Below, piece after piece: positions 34,396-36,814 of a stretch of DNA of 36,814 nt. This stretch comes from Myxococcota bacterium (GTDB lineage Bacteria; Myxococcota_A; UBA9160; UBA4427). A model generated the notes under the pieces. It had not been told where the DNA came from. It searched no databases and worked only from the letters and a program-made list of their open reading frames with translations. The translations under genes and the position numbers were made by a program. The DNA lies in assembly GCA_036336835.1 (NCBI GenBank), contig JAYZFK010000051.1, positions 1 through 36,814 of the forward strand, in the 5' to 3' direction. Positions within the stretch are counted from its first letter, which is position 1; the number at the start of each line of letters is the position of its first letter.

Positions 34396-35217
34396 TCAGG
34401 CCTGCAGGCGGCGCGTCGCGCTCGACGCCAGGTAGGCGGCCGCCAGGCACAGGATGGCCAGCGGCCCCGGCGGCAGCGACGGTCCACCGCCGACCGAGAG
34501 CTGCCACGACAGCATCAGTCCCGCGACCAGACTCGCAGCACAGATCGCGATCGCGAGCCCCATGATCGATCCCAGCGTGGTGCGCCACTGGCTGGCGATC
34601 GCGGCCGGGACGGTGAGCAGCGCGATCGCGAGGATGATCCCGACCACGCGGATCAGCGTCACGATCGAGAGCGCCGAGAGCCCGAGCAGCAGCAGGAACA
34701 GCGGCTCCACCGGAAGCCCGCTCACCTCGGCGAACTCCTCGTCGAACGCCACCGCCTGCAGCTCCTTGTGCAGCAGCCACGCCACGCCGACCACCAGCAC
34801 GTCGAGCGCAGCGACCAGCGCGACGTACTCCCACGGCACCAGGAGCAGGCTGCCGAACAGATACGACGAGAGATCGGGCGTGTAGCCGGGCGCCAGCGCC
34901 ACGAACAGCACGCCCAGTGCCATGCCGGCCGACCACACCAGGGCGATCACCGTGTCGAGGCTCGAGCCGAGGCGACGATAGGCGGTTCCGATGATCACGC
35001 TGGCCAGCAGGCCGGCGCCGGCCGCGCCCAGCATCGGCGAGAAGCCGAGCAGATAGCCGAGGCCGACGCCGCCGAAGGCCGAGTGCGCGAGCCCGCCGCA
35101 GAGCGACGCGATGCGCTTGGCCACGACATAGCTTCCGATCACGCCGCAGGGGATGGCCGCGAGCAGCGCAGCCACCAGGACGCGCTGGAAGAACGGAGTG
35201 GAGAGCGCCTCGATCAC
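34396..35217 (-). CDS. znuB: Metal (Zn/Mn) ABC transporter permease
   Basis: GGLAHSAFGG, SYLFGS, AFDEEFA, VVGIILAIALLTVPA. GTGA overlap with the ATPase stop. Confidence 0.9.
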   Translation of the reverse strand: MIEALSTPFFQRVLVAALLAAIPCGVIGSYVVAKRIASLCGGLAHSAFGGVGLGYLLGFSPMLGAAGAGLLASVIIGTAYRRLGSSLDTVIALVWSAGMALGVLFVALAPGYTPDLSSYLFGSLLLVPWEYVALVAALDVLVVGVAWLLHKELQAVAFDEEFAEVSGLPVEPLFLLLLGLSALSIVTLIRVVGIILAIALLTVPAAIASQWRTTLGSIMGLAIAICAASLVAGLMLSWQLSVGGGPSLPPGPLAILCLAAAYLASSATRRLQA

Positions 35218-35981
35218 GAGTCGCCCCCCTGGTGCGGCGGCAGCACGCGGTGCGGATGACCGTGTGCCAGCAGGTCTACCGGACAGCCGTACGTCGCCTC
35301 CAGCATCTCGTCGGTGAGCTCGCCGTCGGGGTGCATGTGCAGGCGCCGGTTCAGACAGGCCACGCCGCGCACATAGTGCGAGATGGCGCCGATGTCGTGC
35401 GAGACCAGGACCAGCGTCATGCGCTGGGACAGCTCCTCGAGGATCTCCCAGACGCCACGGCCGATGCGTTCGTCGAGGCTCGCCGTGGGCTCGTCGAGCA
35501 GGAGCAGCTCGGGCTCCATCGCGAGCGCGCGGGCGATCAATACGCGCTGCAGCTCGCCGCCCGACAGCGCGCCGACCGGGCGACTCGCCAGATGCGCCAC
35601 CTCCATCGTCTCGAGCGCGCGATGCGCGGCCTCGCGGTCGGAGGCGTCGTAGCGCCGCAGCCAGCGTCCGCGCGCCAGGCGGCCCATGCGCACCACTTCC
35701 ACCGAGCGAATCGGGAAGTTGAGATCGAACGCCGCGCGCTGCGGCACGTAACCGATCCGGCCGCGCGCATCGCGCGCCGAGCCGCCGAGCACGCGCACCT
35801 GTCCGCTCTGGGGCTTGATCAGGCCGAGGATGGTGCGCAGCAGTGTGGTCTTGCCGCTGCCGTTGGGGCCGAGCACCGCCAGGAAGGCCCCGCGCTCGAC
35901 CCGCAGATCGACGTCCTCGAGCACTTGCGCGCTGCCGCGTCGCAGGTTCACGCCGCGCAGCTCGATCGCGGGTGCCGTCAC
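35214..35981 (-). CDS. znuC: Metal (Zn/Mn) ABC transporter ATP-binding protein
   Basis: GPNGSGKT, IGYVPQ, LSGGELQR, LLLDEP, VSHD, CLN, and a His-rich tail. The real start is GTG 35981. Confidence 0.92.
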   Translation of the reverse strand: MTAPAIELRGVNLRRGSAQVLEDVDLRVERGAFLAVLGPNGSGKTTLLRTILGLIKPQSGQVRVLGGSARDARGRIGYVPQRAAFDLNFPIRSVEVVRMGRLARGRWLRRYDASDREAAHRALETMEVAHLASRPVGALSGGELQRVLIARALAMEPELLLLDEPTASLDERIGRGVWEILEELSQRMTLVLVSHDIGAISHYVRGVACLNRRLHMHPDGELTDEMLEATYGCPVDLLAHGHPHRVLPPHQGGDS

Positions 35982-36814
35982 GGGACCGCCGCCTCGCTCG
36001 CGAGCAGCCGGGCGGTGCGCCGCATGCTCTCCGGCCAGTCGGCTGCCAGCGGATCGAGCTCGACGACGCGTCCGTCGATCGCGCGCGCGACGCTGTGGGC
36101 GCGACCCGGGTCGATCTGCGGCACCACGATCACACTGCGCAGGCCGTCCCGCGCGGCGCTGCGCACCAGCTGCGACAGCTCGCGCGGTCCCGGAGCCTTG
36201 CCCTCGTGCTCGATCGCCACCTGCTCGAGTCCGTAGTGCCGCGCGAAGTGCCCCCAGGCCGGATGCAGCACCAGGAAGCGTCCGCCGCGCACGGGGGCGA
36301 GCGTACCGCGCAGCTCGCGGTCCAGTGCTTCGATCTCGGCGCGCAGCCTGCTGGCGCGTGCGCGCACCCCGGGCTCGTCGCCGACCAGCCGCGCCAGCTC
36401 GGGCGCCAGCGCGTCGACCAGTGCGGCGGCGGCAGTGGGCGACAGCCAGGCGTGGGGATCGTGGCTGTCGTCGCGGGCGGCGCCGGAGTGGGCGTCGACG
36501 ACGCGCAGATCGGGCCGCTCGCGCAGCAGCCCATCGAGCCAGGCGCGCTCGAACGGAAAATGCGGATGTCCGACGCGCACCAGCAGGCTGGCGTCTTCGA
36601 GCGCGCGCAGCGTCTCGATCCCGGGCTGGAAGCTGGTCGGGCTGGCGCCGGGCGGGAGCAACGCGATCACATCGACCGCGCCACCGGACAGCTGCTCGAC
36701 GAAGTAGCGGTGGGGCTCGACCGTTACGACGACCAGGGGCAGCCCGCTGCGGGCCTCCGGCGGCTGGCCCGAGCAGCTGAGGGCCGTCGCGCACACCGCG
36801 AGTGCGAGACCTGG
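35978..36814 (-). CDS. znuA: Metal (Zn/Mn) ABC transporter substrate-binding lipoprotein (5' end probably beyond the window)
   Basis: Lipobox-like ALS-C, LLPPGASP, HDPHAWLSP, HPAWGHFARHYGL, LDPLAADW. The frame is open to the window edge. Confidence 0.88.
   Translation of the reverse strand, partial: PGLALAVCATALSCSGQPPEARSGLPLVVVTVEPHRYFVEQLSGGAVDVIALLPPGASPTSFQPGIETLRALEDASLLVRVGHPHFPFERAWLDGLLRERPDLRVVDAHSGAARDDSHDPHAWLSPTAAAALVDALAPELARLVGDEPGVRARASRLRAEIEALDRELRGTLAPVRGGRFLVLHPAWGHFARHYGLEQVAIEHEGKAPGPRELSQLVRSAARDGLRSVIVVPQIDPGRAHSVARAIDGRVVELDPLAADWPESMRRTARLLASEAAVP

Noticed and set aside
36620..36660. ZnuA first metal-ligand His apparently replaced (GASPTSFQP)
   Set aside because: His-less variants of this motif are common among ZnuA-like proteins, and HDPH, HPAW and a downstream Glu remain, so it is not evidence of novelty by itself.

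Overview
This is a very GC-rich (roughly 70% by eye), densely coding bacterial window with about 33 CDSs. No rRNA, tRNA, CRISPR array, transposase or integrase could be seen. Gene content (lipoproteins, a LolA-like protein, an NtrC-like regulator, many lipid/steroid-type catabolic enzymes, a DUF1214/sulfotransferase pair) suggests a diderm Myxococcota/Binatia-like organism, which is inference only. Layout: (1) 0.2-9.4 kb is an envelope/signalling block with a TMTC-like GT-C+TPR protein, a truncated GNAT, an orphan BtuF-like lipoprotein, a secreted protein with an IPTL-CTERM-like tail, a GST, and an operon of a degenerate NtrC-like regulator, a multi-TM/GAF histidine kinase and a LolA-like protein. 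(2) 9.9-13.0 kb holds a PQQ dehydrogenase with an inserted c-type cytochrome and a 6-TM K+ channel, each preceded by a 9-bp tandem array. (3) 13-34.4 kb is a large acyl-CoA/hydrophobic-compound modification region with three thioesterases, a crotonase, a CoA-transferase III, SDRs, GH20, an HsaA-like monooxygenase, a nitroreductase, an MFS transporter, a P450, two sulfotransferases, DUF1214 and an acyl-CoA ligase. (4) 34.4-36.8 kb is a znuACB-type metal ABC transporter. The most interesting signals are the pseudo-ATPase, Lys-less response regulator operon, a possible surface-protein sorting/glycosylation module, promoter-proximal GAAC-containing tandem arrays, a mirror-symmetric divergent promoter, a recurrent leaderless-mRNA signature and the DUF1214-sulfotransferase-P450 operon. 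All family calls come from motif recognition by eye; no database search was run.
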